From an uncultured Candidatus Saccharibacteria bacterium (GTDB lineage: Bacteria; Patescibacteriota; Minisyncoccia; Phycocordibacterales; Phycocordibacteraceae): a stretch of DNA of 64,000 nt. Numbering within the stretch: the stretch's first letter is position 1; every line of letters begins with the position of its first letter. A program made the position numbers and the translations under genes. A model generated the notes under the pieces. That model was not told the DNA's origin and did no database searches. It saw only the letters and a program-made list of their open reading frames with translations. The stretch lies in contig CAZJKG010000001.1 of NCBI GenBank assembly GCA_964546795.1, positions 61,690 to 125,689 on the forward strand, read 5' to 3'. Positions 38,172 to 46,094 of the stretch are shown one piece after another.

Positions 38172-39578
38172 ATGAAAGAAATCGTGCAAGATGGCACGCC
38201 AGTGTTGCGCGATATCGCATTGCCCGTGCCCGAGGATCTCTTCGGCACCCCGGAGCTCGTGCATCTCATCAAGGACATGGAGGAGGCGCTCGACAAAGAG
38301 ACCGAGGGCGTCGCACTCGCCGCGCCGCAAATAGGAGTGTCGTACCGCGTCTTCATCGTAAGGAAAGACAGAACCCGTCCTTCGCCAAAGGCTACGGAGG
38401 GCACAGCACTTCCCCTACACGCGCCGCGAAGCGGCGCGTCGGGCAAACTTTTAGCGGAGTCGGAAGTTTTAGCCCCCGAAATAGAGGTCTTTATCAATCC
38501 CGAGATTGTAAAGACCTCCCGCAAGCGAGCAAAGACAGACGAAGGATGTCTCTCGGTTCGCGGCGTGTACGGCACGACCAACCGGCACGAACGCGTTACC
38601 ATCCGCGCCCGTCGTCCTGACGGCTCTAAACTAACGCGCGGCGCCGGCGGACTCTTGGCGCAAATATTCGAACATGAAATAGACCATTTGAACGGCATCC
38701 TCTTTATTGACCATGCCGAACATCTCATTCACATAAAGCGTCAATTGGAGCATCGCTTCGCCTATTTCGGTACGCCCCATGTCGCGAGCGATACGCTTGC
38801 CATTCTCATCGAACGCGGGTTTGTACCTTCCGTCGTTGTAACTTCTCCGGACGCGCCGAAAGGTCGGGGTCTTGCTCTTGCACCGTCCGAAACGAAAAAG
38901 CTCGCGCTTGTACACGGTATCCCCGTCATGACTCCGGAAAAATTAGACGCAAATGCAATCGCTGAGATAAATACATTCGCATGCGACTATGCCGTCGTCG
39001 TCGCCTACGGCAAGATATTTCCCGAAGAGCTTATAACCGCATTCCCCCGAGGCGTGGTAAATGTCCATTATTCACTTCTGCCGAAATATCGCGGAGCGAC
39101 ACCGCTTGAGACGGCTCTCCTTTCGGGCGACACGGAGACCGGCGTGACTATACAAGAAATGGTGCGTGAACTTGATGCGGGCGACATCATTGCGCAGAAG
39201 ACCACCGAAATTGCGCTGTTTGAGACCGCGCGCGAGCTGCGAGCGCGACTCATCGATATGGGAGCTTCCCTGCTTGCCGACACTCTCCCCGAATACGCAG
39301 CGGGGCGCATTGAGCCAGTTCCGCAAGACGCCTCCCGCGTCACGCGCACGAGGAAACTCAAAAAAGAAGACGGGCTTCTCTCACTTGATGCTCCTGCCGA
39401 AGTGAACTGGAACAAATACCGCGCATATGCCGACACTATCGGCACCTATTTCTTTGATCCGCCAATCGGCGGAGGTAAGCGAATTAAAATAACGGCGGCC
39501 TCATTTAAAAACGGGGTATTTGTCATCGAGCGCGTCATTCCCGAAGGTAAACGCGAGATGAACTACTCCGCGCGGTAA
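38172..39578 (+). CDS. bifunctional peptide deformylase / methionyl-tRNA formyltransferase fusion (Def-Fmt)
   Basis: The N-terminal half carries PDF motifs G.A.PQIG, EGCLSVRG and HEIDHLNG. The C-terminal half carries Fmt motifs (FGTP, HYSLLPKYRGATP, a C-terminal domain). It is a single uninterrupted 468-codon frame. Confidence 0.8.
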   Translation: MKEIVQDGTPVLRDIALPVPEDLFGTPELVHLIKDMEEALDKETEGVALAAPQIGVSYRVFIVRKDRTRPSPKATEGTALPLHAPRSGASGKLLAESEVLAPEIEVFINPEIVKTSRKRAKTDEGCLSVRGVYGTTNRHERVTIRARRPDGSKLTRGAGGLLAQIFEHEIDHLNGILFIDHAEHLIHIKRQLEHRFAYFGTPHVASDTLAILIERGFVPSVVVTSPDAPKGRGLALAPSETKKLALVHGIPVMTPEKLDANAIAEINTFACDYAVVVAYGKIFPEELITAFPRGVVNVHYSLLPKYRGATPLETALLSGDTETGVTIQEMVRELDAGDIIAQKTTEIALFETARELRARLIDMGASLLADTLPEYAAGRIEPVPQDASRVTRTRKLKKEDGLLSLDAPAEVNWNKYRAYADTIGTYFFDPPIGGGKRIKITAASFKNGVFVIERVIPEGKREMNYSAR

Positions 39579-39637
39579 ACCTTAAAAAAGGTAGCGCTCC
39601 GGGCCGCTAGGCCAAGTCCTACTACCTTTTTTAAGGT
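39579..39637 (+). terminator. 16-bp perfect-stem hairpin whose loop is the repeat-A core; bidirectional terminator between fmt and hpf
   Basis: ACCTTAAAAAAGGTAG-[CGCTCCGGGCCGCTAGGCCAAGTCCTA]-CTACCTTTTTTAAGGT, starting 1 nt after the fmt stop. Confidence 0.6.
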
Positions 39638-39655
39638 TTGCCGGCTCCGTAAAAT

Positions 39656-40018
39656 TCAGCGGCCAAAGCGCAGCATCCGCTTGAGCGCAGCGCCGCCGCG
39701 CCTCAGCAGTCGTCGAGTGCGCCCGCGCGAACGCCGTATCTCGGCTTCAAGCTCACTGCGGACCCTGTCCGCAGCGCTCTCGGGAGACGGCTTCACCGCC
39801 TCTGCATGAAAGACCTGTCCGTCCACCGTAAGCCGCGCGACGAGGCGGCAGGGCTCCGACGAACGGCCCTCAGGCGGCGCCTCCTCTATCTCTATCTCAA
39901 GTAATGCCGTATCACCTTTCTCGCCAAGAAGGCGTAGTGGGGCCGCAAGTTTTTCTTCAAGGATCGCTTCCGTCTCTGGAGTAAGTCGGTACTTCGTTGC
40001 TTTGATGGTGATATTCAT
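39656..40018 (-). CDS. hpf: ribosome hibernation promoting factor / RaiA family
   Basis: MNITIKATKYRLT...I..KL........ matches the HPF/YfiA N-domain. Basic C-terminal tail. Confidence 0.7.
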   Translation of the reverse strand: MNITIKATKYRLTPETEAILEEKLAAPLRLLGEKGDTALLEIEIEEAPPEGRSSEPCRLVARLTVDGQVFHAEAVKPSPESAADRVRSELEAEIRRSRGRTRRLLRRGGAALKRMLRFGR

Positions 40019-40031
40019 GACGGGGCAAATG

Positions 40032-40271
40032 TCAGTTGTTAATACTGATCATCTTAGCGCGTGAACGGTGTCCTGTCAGTATGCGCACCTTTCCGAGGGG
40101 CTTTCCGAATCGCTTGGCCAGTATCTCGCGCACGCGATCATTCGCACGGTTCCCGAGTGCGGGCTCCCTCACTGATATCGCAAGCATCTCGCCTTCTTCC
40201 GCGCCTTTGGCGGGATGAACCTCAATCTTCTCGCGCTTAGCGTCCGGTGTGACAAATACTTTGATATACAT
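40032..40271 (-). CDS. DUF167 (YggU) family protein
   Basis: IKVFVTPDAKREKIE......L.ISV.EPA..GRAN.....ILAK.FG.....V.ILTGHRSR.K matches the YggU pattern. Confidence 0.6.
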   Translation of the reverse strand: MYIKVFVTPDAKREKIEVHPAKGAEEGEMLAISVREPALGNRANDRVREILAKRFGKPLGKVRILTGHRSRAKMISINN

Positions 40272-40360
40272 AATCAGTATCGTAACACCGCGTCGGCACA
40301 TCCATTGCGACATGTGATTTTTCAGTTAGAATGTGGACACGCCCTCTTTACGGGGGTTTA

Positions 40361-40440
40361 AAACATTCCGGGATAGCTCTCCGCCGGCTGGCGGAGGTAG
40401 AGCGGTTACAATCCGGGGTCGAGAGTTCGTTCGTAAACAT
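40361..40440 (+). other. tRNA-like fragment: duplicated 5' portion (acceptor + D-arm start) of the downstream tRNA
   Basis: AAACATTCCGGGATAGCTC recurs as AAACATATTCCGGGATAGCTC at 40435-40455. No matching 3' acceptor strand. Confidence 0.5.
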
Positions 40441-40442
40441 AT

Positions 40443-40735
40443 TCCGGGATAGCTCAATGGTAGAGCAGCGCCCTGTGGCTTACGCAGCTTTTCAGAGGAA
40501 TCTGGATCGAATAACGAGGTGAATTGCTGGAAACCCTTCGTGGGCAATCAGCAGCCAAGTCCCGCCGTCGGCTGGAAAGGTTCAGAGACTATCCCGAAAG
40601 GGAGTACTGTCCCGATGTAAAGTCGGAATGGGAAGCGCCTCGCACCGAGAAACGGTGATGATATAGTCCATCCCTTTTGGAAACTTAAGGAGCGATGTAA
40701 GGCGTTGGTTGCAGGTTCGAGTCCTGCTCCCGGAG
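40443..40735 (+). tRNA. tRNA (anticodon read as GTT, Asn) interrupted by a ~221-nt group I intron in the anticodon loop
   Basis: Exon 1 (40443-40476) and exon 2 (40698-40735) form a clean cloverleaf: acceptor TCCGGGA/TCCCGGA, D arm GCTC-AATGGTA-GAGC, anticodon stem GCGCC/GGCGT, loop CTGT^TAA, T arm GCAGG-TTCGAGT-CCTGC. Confidence 0.7.
40477..40697 (+). ncRNA. group I self-splicing intron
   Basis: 5' exon ends in U and the intron ends in G. Internal CAGCAGCCAAGTCC, GGTTCAGAGACTA and ATGTAAAGTCGGAATGGG resemble conserved P4/P7 core segments of Tetrahymena/cyanobacterial tRNA group I introns. Too short to encode a homing endonuclease. Confidence 0.65.
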
Positions 40736-40969
40736 CTAGAAAAAGTTAGGCCCTGATGCGGACAGCATTGGGGTCTTACTTTTTCTCTCCGCGGACAGGA
40801 CTCGAAAGCGAGCGCGGGTACCAGTCGAGCACGACTGGTCGCGCGAGGCGGCTCGCGAAATACTGGAGCGACGGCGACAGTATTTTGTGAGAGAGATGCG
40901 TACTCGCGATCCTGCTCCCGGAGCAAAATAACCGTAGGTCGGTTCAAGATGGCACTTTAGGGTGCTATT

Positions 40970-41326
40970 TTGCTACAATTGAGAATAATGGAAAACAAAT
41001 ATCAGAGTGAAATAACAGTGCTACTCAAGCAAGTTCGTCCAAGACTTTCCACCACACACCAATTAGAATTCAAAAATGTATTTGGTGCAGTTGGTGGTTA
41101 TATCAACGGGCACATATTTATTTCGTGTGGAAAGTTTGGAGTTGCGCTTCGGCTTCCGCCGGAAACTCTTGACCAACTTTTTCACGAAAAGAAAGCAAAA
41201 CGCCTTAAATATTTTCCCAAAGGACATATCAAAAAAGAGTATGCGGTGCTTTCAAAACAAGTGCTTGAAAATAAACAAAGGCTGAAAAAACTCGTGGATG
41301 AAAGTATTAAATTTGTGGTAAAATGA
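40970..41326 (+). CDS. TfoX N-terminal domain protein (Sxy/TfoX competence-regulator family, N-domain only)
   Basis: FKNVFGAVGGYINGHIFISCGKFGVALRL, then KYFPKGHIKKEYAVL, matching the TfoX_N pattern. Confidence 0.55.
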   Translation: MLQLRIMENKYQSEITVLLKQVRPRLSTTHQLEFKNVFGAVGGYINGHIFISCGKFGVALRLPPETLDQLFHEKKAKRLKYFPKGHIKKEYAVLSKQVLENKQRLKKLVDESIKFVVK

Positions 41327-41366
41327 AAAGGTCGAAAACATAAATTAACAACTAATCAAAAACATT

Positions 41367-41546
41367 ATGAAGACACTTACATGTGACCTGTGCGAAGTGG
41401 CAGCGGAAGGTGAGACATTTGAGGCATGGATGAAAGCACTTCACCCTCATTATATGGAGGTCCACGCAGATGTTATGAAAAACTCTAAAGAAGGAGATGA
41501 GCAGAAATGGATGGTGGAAAACAAAGCAAGATTTGACGCTGTCTAA
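41367..41546 (+). CDS. DUF1059-like small metal-binding protein (59 aa)
   Basis: MKTLTCDLCEVAAEGETFEAWMKALHPHYMEVH resembles the DUF1059 pattern (MK.F.C...C.F...GET.EE.......H....H). Not in the ORF track because it is under 60 aa. Confidence 0.4.
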   Translation: MKTLTCDLCEVAAEGETFEAWMKALHPHYMEVHADVMKNSKEGDEQKWMVENKARFDAV

Positions 41547-41575
41547 AACGTACATAAAAAATCTTCTAGCGCATC

Positions 41576-41875
41576 ATGCCAAAGAATACTTACAAGATGC
41601 GTTCAAAAGTATGGCCGTATCCCGGTATGGCGGCATGGCGATTCCTCACTCTGGCAAAAAAGCAGGGGCAGGAAATAAAAAAGAAATTTGGTCGATATGC
41701 CAGAGGATGGGGTTCACTCCCCGTTTCGGTAGCTATAGGAACAACGGTCTGGAACACTTCGATTTTTCCTGATAAGAAGTCAGGGTCGTATGTCCTTCCA
41801 CTCAAGGCGAAGATAAGAAAGATTGAGAACATATCCGACCACTCAACCGTGTCGTTTGTTCTAACGTTACGATAG
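41576..41875 (+). CDS. DUF1905 domain protein
   Basis: GWGSLPVSVAIGTTVWNTSIFPDKKSGSYVLPLKAKIRK matches DUF1905. The true start may be at an internal Met. Confidence 0.55.
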   Translation: MPKNTYKMRSKVWPYPGMAAWRFLTLAKKQGQEIKKKFGRYARGWGSLPVSVAIGTTVWNTSIFPDKKSGSYVLPLKAKIRKIENISDHSTVSFVLTLR

Positions 41876-41907
41876 TAACCTCTATCTTTCCATATCGGTT
41901 AGATTAG

Positions 41908-42096
41908 GTGATGACTGAACGTATAACATTGAAATTATTCTGGATGATGATGCTGTTGTGCGCGGGGTCGGCGCTAACCCTTATCTGGGTGGGCGACGTT
42001 TTTCCGGAGAAAATCGTCCCCACCTTCTTTATCTTAGGTTTCGCGAGCTTCTTAATTTGGGCACCCCTGGTTATCTACCGATTCTTGGCAAAATAG
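41908..42096 (+). CDS. hypothetical 2-TM small membrane protein
   Basis: Two hydrophobic helices, no motif. Confidence 0.25.
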   Translation: MMTERITLKLFWMMMLLCAGSALTLIWVGDVFPEKIVPTFFILGFASFLIWAPLVIYRFLAK

Positions 42097-42124
42097 CGGT
42101 TTTGGATAAAAACGATTCTTTCAT

Positions 42125-42376
42125 TCAACGATGAATGCATCCGGCCCAACAACAAGGTCGGCGTATCCCTTCTATAAGTTCCGTACGTGTCCTCTCGATG
42201 CGGTGACTCCTCGTCTCCGGTTTTTTGGCGGACATAATCCAGCAAATCCATTCATTGCGTGCGAGCGGAGTAATATCTTCCCATGCCGCTCGCGCCGTTG
42301 GAGCCGAAATAAAGGTCTTTCGTAAATCCGCTGGCATCCTGTGTACCGCACCAGTAGCGATTCCTTTTTTGGTCAT
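42125..42376 (-). CDS. YdeI/OmpD-associated (OmdA) domain protein
   Basis: PADLRKTFISAPTARAAWEDITPLARNEWICWIMSAKKPETRSHRIERTRTELIEG matches OmdA. Has an extra Cys-rich C-terminal tail. Confidence 0.55.
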   Translation of the reverse strand: MTKKGIATGAVHRMPADLRKTFISAPTARAAWEDITPLARNEWICWIMSAKKPETRSHRIERTRTELIEGIRRPCCWAGCIHR

Positions 42377-42445
42377 AGGATTACTTTATCAAATTCTCTC
42401 GGTCATGGCGGTTCGAACATTCTCTATCTAGCGGGGCCAAACAAT

Positions 42446-42922
42446 TCAATCACCCAGATCAAGCAGCTTCACTGGCTTCATCACGGCTTTGGGGTTTTGT
42501 TTCCATTCGTCCGACACATCTGCATAGAGTTCAAGTTCGTTAGCATCCGGATCAAGTATGTAGATGCTGTGCGTGACAGTATGATTGCCGGTGCCTACGA
42601 TCGTGACACCTTTTTCTTTCAGTTCACGATATGCTTGCTTCGCATCGTCGGTTGAATTGCCTATCTTGAATCCAATATGGTAAAGACCGGGAGTCGGAAA
42701 TCCCCTTTGGATCGGACTTCCACCGACTTCAATGAGCAACAATTCGTGATGGGTTCTCCCGGAAGAAAATAATGCCATCCCTCCATCACGATGAATCTCA
42801 TGAAAACCTAATGTATTACGGTAGAAGTCAGCTGAACGCTTTAGGTTAGAAACATAGAGAACGACATGGCCAAGTTCCTTAATCTGCATGGGATCATTGT
42901 ACCCTTTTACGGGTCCGAACAT
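42446..42922 (-). CDS. VOC (glyoxalase/bleomycin-resistance/dioxygenase) family protein
   Basis: LGHVVLYVSNLKRSADFYRNTLGF ... HIGFKI, matching the VOC beta-alpha-beta-beta-beta modules. Confidence 0.7.
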   Translation of the reverse strand: MFGPVKGYNDPMQIKELGHVVLYVSNLKRSADFYRNTLGFHEIHRDGGMALFSSGRTHHELLLIEVGGSPIQRGFPTPGLYHIGFKIGNSTDDAKQAYRELKEKGVTIVGTGNHTVTHSIYILDPDANELELYADVSDEWKQNPKAVMKPVKLLDLGD

Positions 42923-42956
42923 TCCTTATCCGGCAAAGTAAAGGTTGGTGTAGAAT

Positions 42957-43757
42957 GTGCCCATGGCGGATACCCGTACCGAACAGAAGAATAATAAAAT
43001 CTGGGAGAATGTCTTGGTGAGAGGTGTGCATAAATTTAATAGAGCACGGTCTTTGTTCAGATATATTCCCTCCAATCCGCGCTGCCGCATGTGCAATGCG
43101 CCGTTCGGGAATATCGGAGCGCCGATAATGCGCTGGTTCTATAACAAGCGCCCTTCAAACCGCAACCCGAACTTCTGCAATTTCTGCGAGACCATGGCGA
43201 GAGACAATCCCGGTGGAGCGGAAGTGGAACTCTCCATGCTTTTCGCTGATATCCGCAACTCCACAGGGCTTGCTGAGACCATGGACGCGACGATGTTCAG
43301 AAGTTTGTTGAACCGTTTTTATGAGGTTTCCAGCAATGCACTCGTCAACACCGATGCGATGATAGACAAGCTTGTGGGAGATGAAATCATCGGCCTCTAT
43401 ATTCTCGGTATTGCGGGACCGAATCACGCCCAAAAGGCGCTTCAGGGGGCAAAGGATATACTTCAGAAAACCGGGCACGCCGACCAAGGCGGGCCGTGGC
43501 TGCCGGTGGGTGTCGGTATCCACACCGGCATTGCCTTCGTGGGGTCAGTGGGATCAACGGACAGTTTCCTTGATTTCACCGCATTAGGAGACGCCATGAA
43601 TACTACGGCGCGCATCGCAAGCAAAGCGGGAGCGGGAGAGATTTTAATGAGCGACACTGCGTTCCGTGCGGCGCATCTTGAAAACGATGCGGAAGAACGT
43701 GTATTGGAATTAAAAGGAAAAAGCCAGCCGGTTATCGTTCGCGTCCTGCATAGTTAA
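42957..43757 (+). CDS. class III adenylate/guanylate cyclase with N-terminal 4-Cys zinc-ribbon
   Basis: CHD motifs LFADIRNST, KLVGDEIIGLY, GVGIHTGIAFVGSVG and ALGDAMNTTARI. N-terminal CRMC...17...CNFC. Confidence 0.8.
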   Translation: MPMADTRTEQKNNKIWENVLVRGVHKFNRARSLFRYIPSNPRCRMCNAPFGNIGAPIMRWFYNKRPSNRNPNFCNFCETMARDNPGGAEVELSMLFADIRNSTGLAETMDATMFRSLLNRFYEVSSNALVNTDAMIDKLVGDEIIGLYILGIAGPNHAQKALQGAKDILQKTGHADQGGPWLPVGVGIHTGIAFVGSVGSTDSFLDFTALGDAMNTTARIASKAGAGEILMSDTAFRAAHLENDAEERVLELKGKSQPVIVRVLHS

Positions 43758-43762
43758 TGAAT

Positions 43763-45019
43763 TTACGCTGCATATTGCGGACGTTGGCGTCCATATACGA
43801 AAAATAATAAAGCCAAGAGCGCCACGCATGATAAGGTGGCGCCAAACATGAATGGGGCCGCCGGACTCACTTTTTCCCATAATAAGCCGGCAATAATACT
43901 CGCGGGAAGTGCGATGACCCCGAGGGCAGCATTGTAGATGCCATACGCCCGCCCGCGATGATCCGCAGGCACCATGTCCGCCACAAACGCTTTTGCAACC
44001 CCTTCGGTAGTCGCATAATACAGACCGTAGAATGCAAAGAGGATCCATATCTGGTAGCTCGCGCTCGCGAACGCAAATCCTGCGTACGCGAGCGCGTAGG
44101 CGAGCCAGCCGAGCATGATGACTTTTTCTCTCCCGATCCGATCCGACAGAGTCCCGAGCGGCACGGATGCGACCGCATAGACGAAATTGAAAAGCGCGAA
44201 GACAAGCGGAATCGCAAGGAGTGTGACTCCAAGGTTCTGTGCTCTCAAAATAAGGAAAGCGTCAGAGGAATTTCCCAGGCCGAACAGCAACATAATGCCG
44301 AGGAATATATAGAAGGAACGTGGGAGAGCTACTTTCACTCCGGTCTCCATTGCTTTGTTCTGTACAGGACTCTCTTGCACTTTGAACTTCAATATCAGGA
44401 GCGTGATGACAAGAGGTATCGCTGTGATGAGAAGTATGATGTGGTATTTCGCCACACTGTCTTGCAGCAGATAGAGCAACCCGAAGAGTGCGAGCGGGCC
44501 GATGACCGAACCAAACGTATCGAGCATGCGCGCGATGCCGAATCCCCTACCGCGGTTATGTGCCTGCGTAGAATCCGCAATAAGGGCATCCTTGGGAGAA
44601 TCCTTCATTCCCTTTCCGATGCCGTCGAGGAAGCGGAGGCCGAGAATAAGGCCGCTTGATGCAGTAAGGGCAAGCATCGGCCGAGCGATGAGCGAAAAGA
44701 AATAGCCGAGGAATATGAATGGTTTTTTCTTTCCGAGACGATCGACAAAAAAGCCCGAAAGTATTTTAAACACACTCGCCCCGCTTGTGACCAAACCCTC
44801 GGAAATGCCGATGAACACTTTGTCGAAACCCAGTACGTTTGTAAGATAGAGTGGAAGGATAGGGATGAAGATATCTTGGCTGATACCGCCAAAGAAACTC
44901 AAGAGACCAATGTAGAATACGTTCCCCGCTTTTTTCTTTTCCGTAACGTCTTTAATCTCATGCATGCATAAAAGTATAGCTTTTAATATGTACGTATCCA
45001 AAATCCTGCTCCGCCCCAC
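43763..45019 (-). CDS. MFS transporter
   Basis: 12 predicted TM helices, and an MFS loop 2-3 motif (DRLGKKK). Confidence 0.75.
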   Translation of the reverse strand: MGRSRILDTYILKAILLCMHEIKDVTEKKKAGNVFYIGLLSFFGGISQDIFIPILPLYLTNVLGFDKVFIGISEGLVTSGASVFKILSGFFVDRLGKKKPFIFLGYFFSLIARPMLALTASSGLILGLRFLDGIGKGMKDSPKDALIADSTQAHNRGRGFGIARMLDTFGSVIGPLALFGLLYLLQDSVAKYHIILLITAIPLVITLLILKFKVQESPVQNKAMETGVKVALPRSFYIFLGIMLLFGLGNSSDAFLILRAQNLGVTLLAIPLVFALFNFVYAVASVPLGTLSDRIGREKVIMLGWLAYALAYAGFAFASASYQIWILFAFYGLYYATTEGVAKAFVADMVPADHRGRAYGIYNAALGVIALPASIIAGLLWEKVSPAAPFMFGATLSCVALLALLFFVYGRQRPQYAA

Positions 45020-45795
45020 ATCGGGATATATTTCCCCATTTTCGTCCGCTTGATGGAAAGTGCAAATGCTTTGCTGTGGAGTGATACACCGATACGGCCC
45101 GCAAGCGAGCGCATATAGGTTCCCGAGGCACAGGTTATCTTTAAGCGAAGTACGGCGAAACTCCTTGTATGCACGATTTTAAAAAGCGACTTCCAGTGCA
45201 CACGAACGGCATCTACGCGAAAATCTTCTCCAAGCCGCTTTGACGGCTCATCGGTGCGCGGAACGAGATCAAGAAATTTCGATACTCTTGCCTCAAGTTC
45301 TGTATCGGAAATTATATATGAGCCCTGATGCTGAATTCGATAGATACGCTCCACATGCTTAGGTATTTTTATGTGCGAAAGCGTTCCTTCAAGTGCATGG
45401 AGAAAGAGAGGTTTACCATTCACGGTCTTCGAAGAAAATGTGGGGTACGCACGCATATGCGCGCCACGTTCGCGATACAGTGCATCGGTAAGAATACCTG
45501 TATCTACGAGTGTTTCTTTATCAGCGTACTCTGGTATACCGAGCACATCACCCGTATCGCTCCCCATATCGAGTAAAACCTCGATCTCATATTCTTTATC
45601 CAGATCCATATACGCGCGCTGCTGTTTGCACTCATCTCCCAGAAGCACGAGTAGTTTACCGCATGCCATCGGGTCCAGACGGCCTGCATAACATACTGGT
45701 ACATCGGTATACTTTTGATTCCGTATCTTCCATGTCCGTATCGCCGCAAGCGGTGTCTCACCCACTTTTTTATCCAATACTACAAATCGTCTCAT
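44983..45795 (-). CDS. truB: tRNA pseudouridine(55) synthase TruB-like
   Basis: FVVLDKKVGETPLAAIRTWK and the catalytic AGRLDPMACGKLLVLLG. Start taken at the internal ATG; the track ORF begins at a GTG inside the inverted-repeat element. Confidence 0.7.
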   Translation of the reverse strand: MRRFVVLDKKVGETPLAAIRTWKIRNQKYTDVPVCYAGRLDPMACGKLLVLLGDECKQQRAYMDLDKEYEIEVLLDMGSDTGDVLGIPEYADKETLVDTGILTDALYRERGAHMRAYPTFSSKTVNGKPLFLHALEGTLSHIKIPKHVERIYRIQHQGSYIISDTELEARVSKFLDLVPRTDEPSKRLGEDFRVDAVRVHWKSLFKIVHTRSFAVLRLKITCASGTYMRSLAGRIGVSLHSKAFALSIKRTKMGKYIPMWGGAGFWIRTY

Positions 45796-45861
45796 TTTGT
45801 GCGCAGTATACCTTGTGAGATAAACTATATCGGGGTTCTTAATAAGCAGGAAATTCTTGTT

Positions 45862-46037
45862 CACAAACTTTGAATTACGAAACTCTCATGAGCGACCGTC
45901 CGCAGGCGCTGAGCTCTGGTGTTTTTTGGCTATACTGCGCGGAGCAAGCCAAAAAACTCAGCGCCGAGGACAGAGCGACGAGCCGCTGGAGCGAGCTCGC
46001 GTGTCGCACGGGAGAGTTTCGTAATTCAAAGTCACAA
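45862..46037. mobile_element. MITE-like element: 21-bp perfect terminal inverted repeats flanked by 5-bp direct repeat CACAA
   Basis: CACAA-ACTTTGAATTACGAAACTCTC ... GAGAGTTTCGTAATTCAAAGT-CACAA. The interior holds a further imperfect hairpin (GCGCTGAGCTCTGGTGTTTTTTGGC / GCCAAAAAACTCAGCGCC). Non-coding. Confidence 0.5.
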
Positions 46038-46094
46038 ATCAATCGTGAAGCGCGGGATTGATATAATGAATAGTTCGTGGTATTATGAGCGACA

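Noticed and set aside
40736-40925. Integrated prophage or ICE between the 15-nt direct repeats of the tRNA 3' end
   Set aside because: The repeats are only 188 bp apart with no ORF between them. A scar or intron-associated rearrangement is more likely than an intact integrated element. The downstream accessory genes lack a visible second att copy or integrase in this window.
40582-40947. 121-aa minus-strand ORF covering the group I intron and tRNA 3' region
   Set aside because: It lies inside a structured RNA (intron) plus tRNA exon. It has no motif and a Pro/Arg-rich low-complexity translation.
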